Shown here in pieces: positions 45,823 to 57,572 of a stretch of DNA of 64,000 bases. Below the pieces are notes generated by a model, which ran no database searches, was not told the DNA's origin, and saw nothing but the letters and a program-made list of their open reading frames with translations. Each line of letters begins with the position of its first letter. Within the stretch, counting starts at the first letter, position 1. Position numbers and translations under genes: made by a program. This DNA comes from an uncultured Verrucomicrobiae bacterium. Its GTDB lineage: Bacteria > Verrucomicrobiota > Verrucomicrobiia > Limisphaerales > JAFGQR01. The stretch spans positions 1 to 64,000 of the forward strand of contig CAWBHS010000049.1 of the NCBI GenBank assembly GCA_963788655.1, read 5' to 3'.

Positions 45823-48800
45823 TCAAGGGCCGACACTCGTCGTGAAATTCGCGGAGTTCTTCCCGCGTTTGTTTTCATAGCCGATGCCGGCGTGCCATTC
45901 GCCCTGACCGGTGGGTCGGATGGTGCCGTTGAAGACTCCGGGGCTTTGGCCCTTCTCCAATTGCGCGGCGGCTTGCATCGCCATGCCGGGCATGTCCATC
46001 CGCAATTCGAGCCAGACCGATCCCACATCCACCGGCTTGCCGGTGGCGTCGGTGACTTCGATGCGAATCGCGTTGTCGCCCATGCGAAGTTGCGTGCCCT
46101 CGCCAAGGACTTTGAACTGATAGGGGCCGACGGTCTGGGTGGTTATCACCGCAGTGGGTGTGGACGGACCGCTCAGGCTGTGCCACAACCACCAGCCGCC
46201 GCCGCCCAGCACCAGGGCTCCAATGACGATCGAGGCGATCAATAGCTTGCGCACCGGCTTCGCTTCAGCCGGCGGCGCTTCGACTCCGCGACTGCGCCAC
46301 AGGAAATAAACCAGCGGGACGATCAGCAGGGTAAGGATCGTGGTGCTGACCATGCCGCCGACCATCGGCGCGGCAATGCGTTTCATCGCCTGGGCGCCGG
46401 TGCCGTGGCTCCACATGATCGGCAGCAGGCCGGCGAAGATCGCGAAGAAGGTCATCATCACGGGCCGCACGCGTTGAGTCGCGCCGTCGCGGACGGCTTC
46501 CATCAGAGCGCCGTAGGTGGGTTTCGGATTATTCTTCTTGAGGTTCTTCCAGGCCTCGTCGAGATAGACGATCATCACCACGCCGATTTCGGTGGCCACG
46601 CCCGCCAGCGCGATGAAGCCGACCGCCACCGCCACGCTGAAGTTGTAGCCGAGCAGCCAGATAAGCCAGATGCTGCCCACGGTGGCGAACGGCAGCGTCA
46701 GCAGCACGAGGAACACTTCGACCGGATTTCGGAAGTTGAGATACAACAACACAAAAATGATGACCAGGGTCATCGGGACCACCAGCGCGAGGGTGGCACG
46801 CGCCTCCTGCATGTATTGATATTGGCCGCCCCAGCCGAGGAAATAGCCCGGTGGCAACTTGATGTGTTCGGCAACCAGTTTCTTGGCGCTGGTCACGTAG
46901 CTGCCCAGGTCAATCCCCTTGGTGTCCACGAAGACGAAGCCGTTGAGCAGTCCGTTTTCGTCGCGGACAAAGGCCGGCCCGGTGGTCAGATGGATGTCGG
47001 CCAACTGTTCCATCGGCACCTGGGCGCCGGTGGGCGTGGCCACGAGCACGCGGCGCAGCGCTGGCACGTCGTGGCGCAACGCCGGTCCGTAGCGGATGTT
47101 GATCGGATAACGCTCGCGGCCCTTGATTACCGTGGAAATGGTCATGCCGCCGATGGCCGATTGAATGACGTCCTCCACGTTCCCCACCGTCAGGCCGTAG
47201 CGGGCGATCGCCTTGCGATTGATCTCGAAGTTGACGTAGTAGCCGCCGGTGACCCGCTCCGAGAAAACGGTGGCCGTGTGCGGGTCCTGTTTGAGCAACG
47301 CCTCAATTTGTTCGCCGATCTTTTGAATGACGCCGACGTCGGGGCCATAAACCGTGATGCCAATCTGGCTGCGGATGCCGGTGGAGAGCATTTCCGTGCG
47401 GGTCTGGATGGGCATCCACCAGATGGCCGGCGCACCGGGAGTTCGCACCAATTTGTCCAGGCCTTCCTTGATTTTGTCGAACGTCATGCCAGGACGCCAT
47501 TGGTCCTCGGGTTTGAGGGTGATTACGGTTTCCGTCATGGACAGGGGCGCGGGGTCCGTGGCGGTGCGGGCACGACCGACCTTCCCATACACATGCTCGA
47601 CTTCGGGGAAGGTCATGAGCGCGGCGTCCTGCTTTTGCAGAATCTTCTTCGCCTCGGTGATCGAGATTCCCGGGACGCTGGTGGGCATGAACAGCAGCGA
47701 GCCTTCATTCAACGGCGGCATGAACTCCGATCCAATCCGGCTCAACGGAAACCAAGTGATCGCGAGCACCGCCAGCGCCAGCAGCAGCGTCACCCATTTG
47801 AACCGGAGCACGAAGTTGAGAAACGGCCGGTAGATCCACGAGAAAAAGCGGCTGATCGGATGCCGGTGTTCGGCGGCGATTTTGCCGCGGATGAACCACA
47901 CCATCAGGATCGGCACAATGCTCACGGACAACAAGGCCGCGAAGAACATCGAGAAGGTCTTGGTATAAGCGAGCGGCTTGAACATCCGGCCCGACTGCGC
48001 CGTGAGCGCGAACACCGGCAGGAATGACACCGTGATGATGAGCAGGGAAAAGAACAGCGGCTTGCCCACCTGTTTGGCGGCGGAAACCATCACGTCCAGG
48101 CGCGTCATGCCGGCGATCTCCCGTTCCACCTCGGTCAGGGCTGCGTCGCCTTCCTGGTCGCGTTTGGCGCGGGCATGGTTCCACCGTTCGAGCCATTTGT
48201 GGGCGTTCTCGATCATGACCACCGCGGCATCCACCATCGCACCGATGGCGATGGCGATGCCGCCCAGCGACATGATATTGGAGGAGACGCCGAGCGCCAC
48301 CATGGCGATGAAGGAAAGCAGGATGGCGACGGGCAGAACCAGAATCGCGACGAACGCGCTCCGGAAATGAAACAGAAAGAGAATGCAGACCAGACTGACG
48401 ATGATGCTTTCCTCAATGAGTTTGCTCCGGAGATTGCTGATGGCGCGCAGGATGAGATCGGAGCGGTCGTAGCCGGTGACAATCTTCACGCCGGGCGGTA
48501 GCGACGGCTTGAAAGCTTCCAGTTTGGCTTTGACGGCCTGAATGGTCGTGAGCGCGTTCTCACCGTAGCGCATTACGACGATGCCGCCCACGGCCTCGCC
48601 TTTGCCATCCCAATCGAGCGCGCCGCGGCGCAGGTCCGGCGCGAAATGGACGTTCCCGATCTGCTGGACGGTAATGGGTGTGCCATTGGTATCCACTCCG
48701 ACCACAACGTCTGCGATGTCGCTCAGGGTCTTGATATAGCCCATGCCCTTGACCATGTATTCGGTCTCGCCGTATTCGATGACCCGGCCGCCGACGTCGT

Positions 48801-49545
48801 TGTTGGAGTCGCGGATGGCCATGATGACCTTGGTCAACGGGATGTGGTAGGCCAGCAGTTTGTTCGGATCCACGTCCACTTCATATTCACGGACGAATCC
48901 TCCGATGCTGGCCACTTCGGCCACGCCCGGCGTGTTTTGCAGGTAGTAACGGAGATTCCAGTCCTGAAGCGTGCGCAAGTCGGCCAGGCTGTTCTGGCCG
49001 GTCGTATCCACCAGCGCGTATTCATAGACCCAGCCCACGCCCGTGGCATCCGGCCCCAGCGTGGGCCGAATGCCCGGTGGCAGATCGCCCATGGCCTGGT
49101 TGAGATATTCCAACACGCGGGAGCGCGCCCAATACATGTCGGTGCCGTCCTTAAAGACAACGTTTACGAATGACAGGCCGAAGAACGTCTGGCCACGCAC
49201 ATATTTGACGTGAGGTGCCGCCGACAGAACACTGACGATGGGATAAGTGATCTGGTCCTCGACCAACTGCGGATCCCGGCCCGGCCATTCCGTGAAGACA
49301 ATGACTTGAACATCGGACAGGTCGGGAATCGCATCGAGCTTGACGTTCTTGACGGCCACCACTCCGGCGACGATGAGAAACAAGACACCCACCAGCACAA
49401 GGAACTGATTGTGCGAGCACCAGCCGATGATGCGTTCGATGGCGGTTTCGTCACTGACCAGCCAAGCGGGTTTCGCGGCAGACGGACTTTCTTGCCCCGG
49501 TTTGCCGGCCGGTTCGTCCGCTTGCGTTGGTTTATCCGGGTCCAT
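45823..49545 (-). CDS. cusA: CusA/CzcA-family heavy-metal RND pump with an extra C-terminal TM and YtkA-like domain
   Basis: [59 protein letters not shown]; intact 1240-aa frame. Confidence 0.93.
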   Translation of the reverse strand: MDPDKPTQADEPAGKPGQESPSAAKPAWLVSDETAIERIIGWCSHNQFLVLVGVLFLIVAGVVAVKNVKLDAIPDLSDVQVIVFTEWPGRDPQLVEDQITYPIVSVLSAAPHVKYVRGQTFFGLSFVNVVFKDGTDMYWARSRVLEYLNQAMGDLPPGIRPTLGPDATGVGWVYEYALVDTTGQNSLADLRTLQDWNLRYYLQNTPGVAEVASIGGFVREYEVDVDPNKLLAYHIPLTKVIMAIRDSNNDVGGRVIEYGETEYMVKGMGYIKTLSDIADVVVGVDTNGTPITVQQIGNVHFAPDLRRGALDWDGKGEAVGGIVVMRYGENALTTIQAVKAKLEAFKPSLPPGVKIVTGYDRSDLILRAISNLRSKLIEESIIVSLVCILFLFHFRSAFVAILVLPVAILLSFIAMVALGVSSNIMSLGGIAIAIGAMVDAAVVMIENAHKWLERWNHARAKRDQEGDAALTEVEREIAGMTRLDVMVSAAKQVGKPLFFSLLIITVSFLPVFALTAQSGRMFKPLAYTKTFSMFFAALLSVSIVPILMVWFIRGKIAAEHRHPISRFFSWIYRPFLNFVLRFKWVTLLLALAVLAITWFPLSRIGSEFMPPLNEGSLLFMPTSVPGISITEAKKILQKQDAALMTFPEVEHVYGKVGRARTATDPAPLSMTETVITLKPEDQWRPGMTFDKIKEGLDKLVRTPGAPAIWWMPIQTRTEMLSTGIRSQIGITVYGPDVGVIQKIGEQIEALLKQDPHTATVFSERVTGGYYVNFEINRKAIARYGLTVGNVEDVIQSAIGGMTISTVIKGRERYPINIRYGPALRHDVPALRRVLVATPTGAQVPMEQLADIHLTTGPAFVRDENGLLNGFVFVDTKGIDLGSYVTSAKKLVAEHIKLPPGYFLGWGGQYQYMQEARATLALVVPMTLVIIFVLLYLNFRNPVEVFLVLLTLPFATVGSIWLIWLLGYNFSVAVAVGFIALAGVATEIGVVMIVYLDEAWKNLKKNNPKPTYGALMEAVRDGATQRVRPVMMTFFAIFAGLLPIMWSHGTGAQAMKRIAAPMVGGMVSTTILTLLIVPLVYFLWRSRGVEAPPAEAKPVRKLLIASIVIGALVLGGGGWWLWHSLSGPSTPTAVITTQTVGPYQFKVLGEGTQLRMGDNAIRIEVTDATGKPVDVGSVWLELRMDMPGMAMQAAAQLEKGQSPGVFNGTIRPTGQGEWHAGIGYENKRGKNSANFTTSVGP

Positions 49546-49550
49546 GTAAC

Positions 49551-50927
49551 TCAATGCTGATGTCCACCGCCGGTCGCTGAGGTGCGAAGCTGGCTTTCGC
49601 TGTCCAGCAGGAAGTTGCCGTCCACCACGACTTTTTCGCCTTCCGTCAGTCCTTGATTCACGACCACTTGTCCGCCCTCGACATGAGATCCCAACTCAAT
49701 GCGCCGGGGAACGAAGTGTCCGCTGGTCACCTCCACAAAAACATACTGGCTGACGCCGGTGTCATACACCGCCGTCTGCGGTATCAACAGGCGTTCGCCC
49801 GCATCAACCTGGATTTCCGCGTTGGCGTAGTCATTGGGTTTGAACAGCCCGTCGGGATTGTCCATCACCAGTCGCGCCGTTGTGGTGCGGGTCTGATTTT
49901 CTGAATACGGGTAGATGAAATCCACCTTGGCGTGATAAACTTGGCCGGGATGCGCGATGGCCGTGACCTTCACGCCTTGTCCGACTTTCGCGTAAGGCAG
50001 TTCGTATTCGTAGAGCTGGGCGTTGATCCACACGGTGCTCAAATCCGCCACGCGGTAGAGCGTTTTCCCCAAGCTGACCATTTGCGCGGGATCAATGTTC
50101 TTCTCGATCACATAGCCGGTCACCGGCGCGCGGAGCTGCAGGGTGTCGGTCGGTTTGCCGGACTTCTCCACCGCGGCGATTTCGTCGTCGCTGATTTCCC
50201 AGAGTTTGAGCCGTTTGCGGGCCGATGCCGCCAGCGTCGCCGCTTCGGTCATGCTCTCCTGCCACACGACGTTGTTGGTCTGGGCCGCATCTTTCGGTGG
50301 AAGGTGTTTCAGCCGCTCACCATGCCGGTAGGCCAGCAGGTATTCGTATTGGGCCGAATACAATTCCGGGCTGTAAATGTCCATCAGCGGATCGCCCTGT
50401 TTCACGAACTGGCCCGGCTTGTCCACGTAAAGCTTCTGGGCCCAACCCATGATGCGCGCGTTCACGTTGGCCAGCCGGGTGTCGTCGTAAGTCACAATGC
50501 CCACGGTGCGAATCGTCACCACCGCGTCACCGTTCGTCACCGCCCGGGTGCGGATGTTGATGAACTGGCGCTGCGCCAGGTCCAGATCCACCGGGCTGCG
50601 ACCGGGAACAAGTTCGTTGGTGGATGCTGTCTGGCTGCTGTGCTCGCCGCCAGGCATCGGCATGTTGCCCATGTTCGTCTCACCTATGGCTGGCGTGTTG
50701 GTGGCGGCGGGTATCGGCATCTTCATGCCGGGCATGGACTGGTTCATTCCCGTCGTGCTGCCGTGGTCGGACGGCATCGTGGAAGACTGCATGTTCGTGT
50801 CCGTGTGATTGGCCTGAGCAGCGGCGTCGGATTTCTTCCGGCAACTCACAGCCGCGAGTGCCAGCGTGGCCAGGACCACGACTGCGACCGCGGCTTTCGG
50901 GATTCGATTGATACGAGGCAGCTTCAT
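49551..50927 (-). CDS. cusB: CusB-type RND periplasmic adaptor, Met-rich N-terminus
   Basis: Lipobox-like AAVSC, MPGMKMP, YSPELYSAQYEYL, ADLSTVW, GNFLLDSES. Confidence 0.9.
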   Translation of the reverse strand: MKLPRINRIPKAAVAVVVLATLALAAVSCRKKSDAAAQANHTDTNMQSSTMPSDHGSTTGMNQSMPGMKMPIPAATNTPAIGETNMGNMPMPGGEHSSQTASTNELVPGRSPVDLDLAQRQFINIRTRAVTNGDAVVTIRTVGIVTYDDTRLANVNARIMGWAQKLYVDKPGQFVKQGDPLMDIYSPELYSAQYEYLLAYRHGERLKHLPPKDAAQTNNVVWQESMTEAATLAASARKRLKLWEISDDEIAAVEKSGKPTDTLQLRAPVTGYVIEKNIDPAQMVSLGKTLYRVADLSTVWINAQLYEYELPYAKVGQGVKVTAIAHPGQVYHAKVDFIYPYSENQTRTTTARLVMDNPDGLFKPNDYANAEIQVDAGERLLIPQTAVYDTGVSQYVFVEVTSGHFVPRRIELGSHVEGGQVVVNQGLTEGEKVVVDGNFLLDSESQLRTSATGGGHQH

Positions 50928-52333
50928 GGTTTTCTGACTTTCTCGGACGTGAGGAACGACGTTTCTCCGCCAACCAGTTTTTCCACCGTGGAGAAACCTT
51001 GCTCCCGATCCGCGACCGCCCGTTCGTAGGTTAGTTGGAATTCCAGCAGGACGCGTTCGGCATCAATGAGCGAGAGAAAATCGGATTTGCCTGACTCAAA
51101 CGAACGCTGAATCACTTTTACGTTCTCGTCCGCCTTGGGAATCAATGCGTCGCGGTAAAGGACAACCTTGCGCTCTGCGTCCTGGTACTGGAACAAGGCG
51201 AGTTGGAGGTCGGTGCTGAGGTGGTTCGCCCGGTCCCGGCGTTCCTGCAGCGTGGCGGCGTAACGACTCTCCGCCTCTCGCACGCCGGCGCGATATTTGC
51301 CCCACCAAAGCGGAATGTTCACTGAAAAACCAGCCACCACCGCGTCCTTGCCGCTGTCCGCCACTCCTGACATCCGGGCCGGACCGGTTTCAATGTAATC
51401 CACTCCCAGCGTCACGTCCGGATAGAATTCCTTTTTTTGCCAGCGCGATGTTCGCTTTGTCCTTCCCGGCCAGGTAATCGAGGCTCTTGAGTTCCGGGTT
51501 GGCGGCTTTCAACCGTTCGAGGAGGTTGGAGGATTCGGTGGAAAGTGTCGCTGGTACAATGTTGGTTGGAAACGACAGCGGCGCCTCCGCAGGGCGATTG
51601 AGGGCGGCGTTGAGCCGCGCCGCTGTCGGGTTCTTGAGGTCGTTAACGTGCGGAGACGGTCGCGGGTCTTGTCCAGTTCCACCTGCGCCTTGATCACATC
51701 ACCGTTCATGGCCGTGCCGGATTCATACTTTGACCGAGCGATTTCCTCGAATTGTTTGAGCAGTTCCACATTCGCTGCGGTGACGGAGATGGCGCGGCCC
51801 ATGTAGTAAAGTTCGTAGTAGGCCTGTTTGACCTCGTCGAACAACTTCAGTTTGGCGGCCTCGTATTGTTGCTGCGCGGCGTTCGCGCCTTCGAGCGCGC
51901 CCTCGCCTCGCAGTTTCAATTTGCCGAACCACGGGAACATCTGGCTGAGACCCACGCGTTGCTCCTGCGGTCCGACGCGCGTTTCGACTTCCTGAATAAA
52001 GTAACCATAGTTGAAGCGTGGGTCAGGCAGCGTGCGCGCCTGAGTGACCATCTCCAGCGCGGCTTTCCAACGATTGAAGGCCGCCTCCAGTTGCGGATTG
52101 TTTAACGCAGCGTAAGCAAGGTAATCCGGAAGGCCGGAGCTCGCGGTCAAGCTTGACAATCGGCCTGTGGCCGAGGCCCGGCTGGAGGACGGCGATGCGG
52201 TCGGCGCTTTGGTTTGCAGTTCCTTGAAAGCATGCCCCTCCTGAGATGTCGCGCAACCCACTGCCAGCAATAAACCGACACTTAGCAGCCAGCAGCGGTT
52301 CAGTTTCGTTCGACGGTTCCGTTTCCTGCTCAT
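50924..52333 (-). CDS. TolC/CusC-family outer membrane factor (frameshifted)
   Basis: Lipobox LAVGC, NNPQLEAA, LPDP, SQMFPWFGKL, FSVNIPLW, FLSLIDAER. Confidence 0.88.
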
Positions 52334-52590
52334 TTCTTGTCTGAATAAGATGGGAACGATGCAACTCCCTGGCTACCGGGGACAAGTCCTATTATCGGCT
52401 AAGAAACATTCGTAGAAAGGCAGGAAGCAGGCGGAAAATGCAAACCGAAATCCGGACTTCGAATATCGAAGGAAGTCCGAAGGATCGAATTTGAAAACCG
52501 CGCTCTCCTTAATAAACGTGAGGGAACGCACGCGACACTGGACAGCGTCGCGTGCGCACTCTGCGACTTCCGAGCGGGGCGTCGGCGAAG

Positions 52591-53152
52591 TCAACGGGCG
52601 GTCACGTTAATGAGGTTGGGCGCCGAGGCACTCCAACCTATGGGTTCATAGCCCAACCACACGAACTCGGACTTGTGCTGAGCCGCCTTGGCGGGCGTCC
52701 ATTTTCCTTGCAAGTGGACCGTAGTCAGTTTCCCCGCCTCGACCACCAGTGGCACCGTGACCAGGCCGTAGTCTTTTGACTTTGCTCGAACCTGATAGGC
52801 ACCTGGGGGTAATGCCACCACCGTCGGCGTGGCATCGTTCATGCCTTTGGCGTTTTGCACGTGACGCAACAGTTTTCCCTTGGAGCTGTAGATCGTGTAG
52901 GGGGTATGGGCCAGGTCGTAAACGTCGTCCTCGGCCATGAAATTGCCTTCAACAAACACCTCGCCATTGAGGTTTGTGGGAACCCGTTTCTGGCGGGCGG
53001 AATACACTTGTAGTCGCCCATCTTGGGAAGCCTGAGCATGATTACCCGGCGCCGGACCGATCCGAATCGGCCCATTCGCTTCGGTAGCGGCTCGGAACGG
53101 GCAACGCCAGCGACATTAAACCGAACGTAATCAAGCTGATAAAAACTTTCAT
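52591..53152 (-). CDS. Hypothetical exported/lipoprotein (frameshifted)
   Basis: Hydrophobic start at 53152; HTPYTIYS...PTVVALPPGAYQVRA...GKLTTVHL (beta-sandwich-like). Confidence 0.55.
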
Positions 53153-53258
53153 AATGATCCTTTTCTTCTTCGTATTTTGAGGTTGTGACTGCTATGCACG
53201 AGACTTACATGCTCTTACTCGCAAGAGCGGTCCATGCTGGACGCTCTCAAGTTAATAC

Positions 53259-53284
53259 TACGTTACGGGTGCCAGCATCCCTCA
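53259..53284 (-). promoter_or_regulatory. Candidate ECF-sigma promoter of the cusCBA-containing operon
   Basis: TGAGGGA-N13-AACGTA, matching the motif at 57996-58021. Confidence 0.6.
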
Positions 53285-53477
53285 CGAAAACTCGAAGAAT
53301 CAAACGGCGGACTCGCCCTCCCGTTCCGTGCGAATCTGGATCGTCTGCTCGATCGGACACACGAAAACGCGGCCATCGTCGTTCTGCCGTGCGGCTATTC
53401 CGGAATGGCATCGAGCGCATTGGCATCCCGCCTTGGCTCCTGCCCGCTTGCCGAAATTCAACAAGCCGGTTTCGGGT

Positions 53478-53705
53478 TTACCCACCCCGCAAGGTCTTCA
53501 GTTGCTCTTCGTATTGGTCCTTGGTGATTTCACCGCGGGCGAAGCGTTCCTTCAGTATCTCCTCGGCGGACGGCCTCCGGGTCGATGACGAATGCCGCGC
53601 CAGATTGATGACGAACACGACAATCGCCACCACCGCAATTACGATGAGGAGCCAGAATAACCACATCCAACCCATGCTCATTCCACTCCAGTCGTGCATA
53701 TTCAT
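53478..53705 (-). CDS. SHOCT-domain membrane protein
   Basis: MGWMWLFW TM and SAEEILKERFARGEITKDQYEE. Confidence 0.88.
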   Translation of the reverse strand: MNMHDWSGMSMGWMWLFWLLIVIAVVAIVVFVINLARHSSSTRRPSAEEILKERFARGEITKDQYEEQLKTLRGG

Positions 53706-53824
53706 TCCTCCATTTGTGACCGCAAAAGTTGAACTCTCATGTTTTGCATAGTGCTTTGTCCTTTCGTCAGTTGATGTCGCTGTCGGTTGCTTTGGGATTG
53801 GCCATTGGAGATTTTCGGAAATTG

Positions 53825-56270
53825 TCAGAGTGCCGTCTTCCGCAACCGCAGGGCGTTGCCGACGACCGACACCGAACTGAAGCTCATGGCGGCGCCGGCA
53901 ATCATGGGGTTGAGCAACAACGCCAGGAAGGGATACAGCACGCCGGCGGCAATCGGGATGCCGATCGCATTGTAGAAGAAGGCGAAAAAGAGGTTCTGCC
54001 GAATGTTCCGCATTACCGCCCGGCTCAGGTGAAAGGCCTTGGCAATGCCCATTAGGTCGCCTTTGACCAGCGTGATGCCTGCGCTCTCGATGGCCACGTC
54101 CGTGCCGGTGCCCATCGCCACCCCCACGTCAGCCGCCGCCAGGGCGGGCGCGTCATTGATGCCATCGCCAGCCATTGCCACCACGGCGCCCTGACGCTTG
54201 AGTTGTTTGACGATCTCGTGTTTCTCCTGCGGCATGACCTCGGATTTCACCTCGTCTATGCCCAATTCGCTTGCCACGGCTTCGGCGGTCTTCCGGTTGT
54301 CACCGGTACAGCATGATTATTTTGATGCCGAGTTGGTGCAGCGTCTGGATGGCTTCGCGGGTCGAGTCCTTGATCGGATCGGCAATGCCCAACAGCCCCA
54401 GGGCGTGATCGCCTTGGGCCACCCAGACGACCGTTTGGGCTTTTTCCTGGAGCGCGAGCGCGCGTTGGCTGAGTAGGTCGGTAATACTCACGCCGGCCTC
54501 ACGCAGGAACTTTTCTTTGCCCACACGCACCAGATCGCCCTGGATCTTGCCCTGCACGCCGCCACCGGTCGTGGACTCGAAGGCGTCCACGGACTCGAGT
54601 TGAATCTCCTTTTCCTTGGCCGCGTCCACAATCGCCCGAGCCAAAGGATGTTCGCTTTGTTGTTCGATGGAGGCCGCGAGCTGCAGGAGTTTCTTGTCGT
54701 CCAACTCTGCGGCAGGAACCATGTCGGTGATCTTTGGTTTGCCGGCGGTCAGGGTACCGGTTTTGTCGGTAACGAGGTGGGTTACCTTTTCAGTGCGTTC
54801 GATGGCTTCGGCGTTCTTGATCAAAATCCCCGATTGCGCCGCCCGGCCGACGCCAACCATGATGGACATCGGCGTGGCCAGGCCCAAGGCGCAAGGGCAG
54901 GCGATGATCAGCACGGACACGGCGTTGACCAGCGCGTAAGCCAGCGCAGGTACCGGTCCCCATAAGGCCCAGACAATGAACGTCAGAATGGCCGCGCCAA
55001 TGACCGCCGGCACGAAATAACCAGCGACTGTGTCCGCGAGCTTTTGAATTGGCGCCCGGCTGCGCTGCGCCTCCGAGACCATCTGGACGATTTGCGCCAG
55101 CAACGTTTCGCTCCCGACCTTCTCCGCGCGCATGAGAAACGCCCCGGTCTGATTTACGGTCGCGCCAATGACCTGGTCGCCCGCGCCTTTGCTCACCGGG
55201 ATGGGTTCGCCGGTGATCATCGACTCGTCCAGGTTGCTTATACCTTCAATGATGACGCCGTCCAACGGCACCTTTTCGCCGGGCCGGACGCGGAGTTGGT
55301 CGCCTTTCTGGAGTTCGTCAACCGGAACCTCTTCCTCCTGACCGTTCCGAACCCGGTGGGCCGTTTTGGCGGCCAGGCCGAGCAACGCTTTGATGGCCTG
55401 GCCGGTGCGGCTGCGCGCCTTGGCCTCGAGCATTGGCCCATCAACACCAACACGGTGATCACCGCCGCGGCTTCAAAGTAAAGCCCCACCTCGCTGCCGT
55501 GCCGAAATGACGCCGGAAAGATTTGCGGGAATACCACCGCCACGGCGCTGTAAAAGTAAGCTGCGCCCACGCCCACCATGATCAACGTGAACATATTCAG
55601 GCTGCGATTGACGATGGATTTCCAACCGCGCACAAAGAACAGACTGCCCGCCCACGAAGACCACCGGTGTCGTCAAGGCGAATTCGATCCATTTGGAAAT
55701 ACCCCTGGGGATGACGGCCTCCACATCAAGGCCCAACCAACCGCCCATCGCGATCAGTAACACTGGAATGGTGAGCCCCAGCCCAATCCAAAACTTGCGT
55801 GCCAGCGAGCGGATTTCCGCATCGTCCGCCGTCGGCGTAGCCACCGTCTTCGGTTCGAGCCGCATCCCGCATTTCGGACAATCTCCCGGATGGTCCTGCT
55901 CGATTTCCGGGTGCATGGGGCAAGTGTAGATGGTCCGGCGTCGAGGCGGGCGCGGGCGTTATCGACTCGAGCGCCATGCCGCATTTGGGGCAATCGCCGG
56001 GCTCATCCGAAACCACTTCCGGATGCATCGGGCAAGTGTAGCGACCTCCACTCGCCCGAGGCGGATCCGCATCCATTGCGCCGGGAAAATACTTTTGCGG
56101 TTCAGTGCGGAATTTTTCCAGGCAGTGTTGGCTGCAGAGTAGTAGGTGGTGTCCAGGTGCTCCTGAGTTCCGGCGGCATCTTCCGGCCGGATCTCCATAC
56201 CACAAACGGGATCTTTTCTGGTTCTTTTAGTGTTTGTTCCGGGTTTGGCGTTTTTCATTGATGTGCTCAT
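53825..56270 (-). CDS. copA: Cu(I)-transporting P1B-1 ATPase with YHS and CPMHP metal-binding domains (frameshifted)
   Basis: [21 protein letters not shown] (two copies), [33 protein letters not shown]. Confidence 0.92.
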
Positions 56271-56504
56271 TGTTAAGTTGGGTTGCAGTCAACCTGAAGA
56301 TCATCGTTTCATAGCGCTCAAAAACGTGCGGGTACCAGCCGTCGGCCACATCTTCGCACAATCTTTGTCCCTCACGGCCCGCGGTAACGTTTTCGAATTG
56401 GTCCGCGACCATTCTTATTAAAAAGACTACCTTCTCTCGCTTGAAAAGCAAAAACCACCGCCCTCACTATCGCCGTTCCACCGCCCAATGCTTGCCGCGT
56501 CAGT

Positions 56505-57089
56505 TCAGGTGAGCAACGGGGCCAACGTCTTGCGCAATTCTATGCGGGCGCGGTAAATGCGCATTTCCACCGCTTTGGCCGTGCAGTGGAGTATCTCGCC
56601 GATTTCCGCCTGCGAATGGCCTTCATATTCGGCGAGGATGAGCGGCGTGCGCAAGTCCTCGGGCAACGCCGCCACGGCGTTCCGCACCATGGTTTCACGT
56701 TCTTCTGCCATCAGGGTTTCCCGGGGATTGGCTTGCGTTTCCGTGAGCGTTGCTGCCAGCGTCTGACCGGATCCCGGATGCTCGGCTTCGAGCGATACCT
56801 CCGGACGTCGCCGTCGCCAGCGCATGCGATCGCGCGCCAGGTTGGTGGCAATCGTGTAGAGCCAGGTCGAGAATTTGTGGCGGGGCTGATATTCGGTCCG
56901 GTGCTGATAGACGCGGACAAAACTTTCCTGGGCCAAATCGTTGGCTTCCGCCTCGTCATGCATCAGGCGCAGGAGGTAATGAAACAACCGCGGGCCATGC
57001 CGTTCCATCAAATCATTCAGGCTGGCGTCATGTCCCGCCGCCAACCGTTCCATGTCCTGCCGGTCCAGGTCCTCAATGGGCGTGGTCAT
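56505..57089 (-). CDS. ECF sigma factor (CnrH-like position)
   Basis: DLAQESFVRVY, FSTWLYTIATNLARD, EIGEIL..TAKAVEMRIYRAR. Confidence 0.92.
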   Translation of the reverse strand: MTTPIEDLDRQDMERLAAGHDASLNDLMERHGPRLFHYLLRLMHDEAEANDLAQESFVRVYQHRTEYQPRHKFSTWLYTIATNLARDRMRWRRRRPEVSLEAEHPGSGQTLAATLTETQANPRETLMAEERETMVRNAVAALPEDLRTPLILAEYEGHSQAEIGEILHCTAKAVEMRIYRARIELRKTLAPLLT

Positions 57090-57570
57090 GCGCGGGGGGC
57101 TCCTGACCGACGCGGGGAAGCATGGTTGGATGGGTGGGGCTGAGCGTCTGCGCTTGCATCCAGGCGAGATAACGGCGGCCTTGTTCCGGGGGCATGGCCT
57201 GGCTGACGGCAAAAAAATGTTTCAGCATCGCGGTCTGGCATTCGCGCCGCAGTTGCGCGGTTTCGCCCAGGACCTGCTCGATTTGCGGGGTCACGTTGGT
57301 CGAAACGGCCAACAACCCGGCCAGTTCGCGATTCTTCTCATCGATGCGCTGGCACATCTTGGCGCACACGGGCTTGTAGGCTTCGTGCAGTTGGCGCACG
57401 CGGGCGAAGTCAGCGTCATTGAGGTGAAATTCCTTTTTGATCCAGGCCAGTTCAACGCCGGCGTGCGCGCAGAGGGCGCGGTAGCTGGCGACGCGACTGA
57501 GGTAAATCCCCGCACCGCCGCCCAGGGCGAGCACCAAACCCAACAGCGTAATGACGCCCGAACGTTTCAT
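57073..57570 (-). CDS. Periplasmic heavy-metal sensor (CnrX/Metal_resist-like)
   Basis: N-terminal TM; ELAWIKKEFHL...LHEAYKPVCAKMC...MLKHFFAVSQAMPPEQ; His-rich tail. Confidence 0.75.
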   Translation of the reverse strand: MKRSGVITLLGLVLALGGGAGIYLSRVASYRALCAHAGVELAWIKKEFHLNDADFARVRQLHEAYKPVCAKMCQRIDEKNRELAGLLAVSTNVTPQIEQVLGETAQLRRECQTAMLKHFFAVSQAMPPEQGRRYLAWMQAQTLSPTHPTMLPRVGQEPPAHDHAH

Positions 57571-57572
57571 GC

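Noticed and set aside
52505..52545. Fourth ECF promoter (TGAGGGA on the + strand)
   Set aside because: Wrong strand for the operon and no AACGTA-like -10 at the 13-nt spacing.
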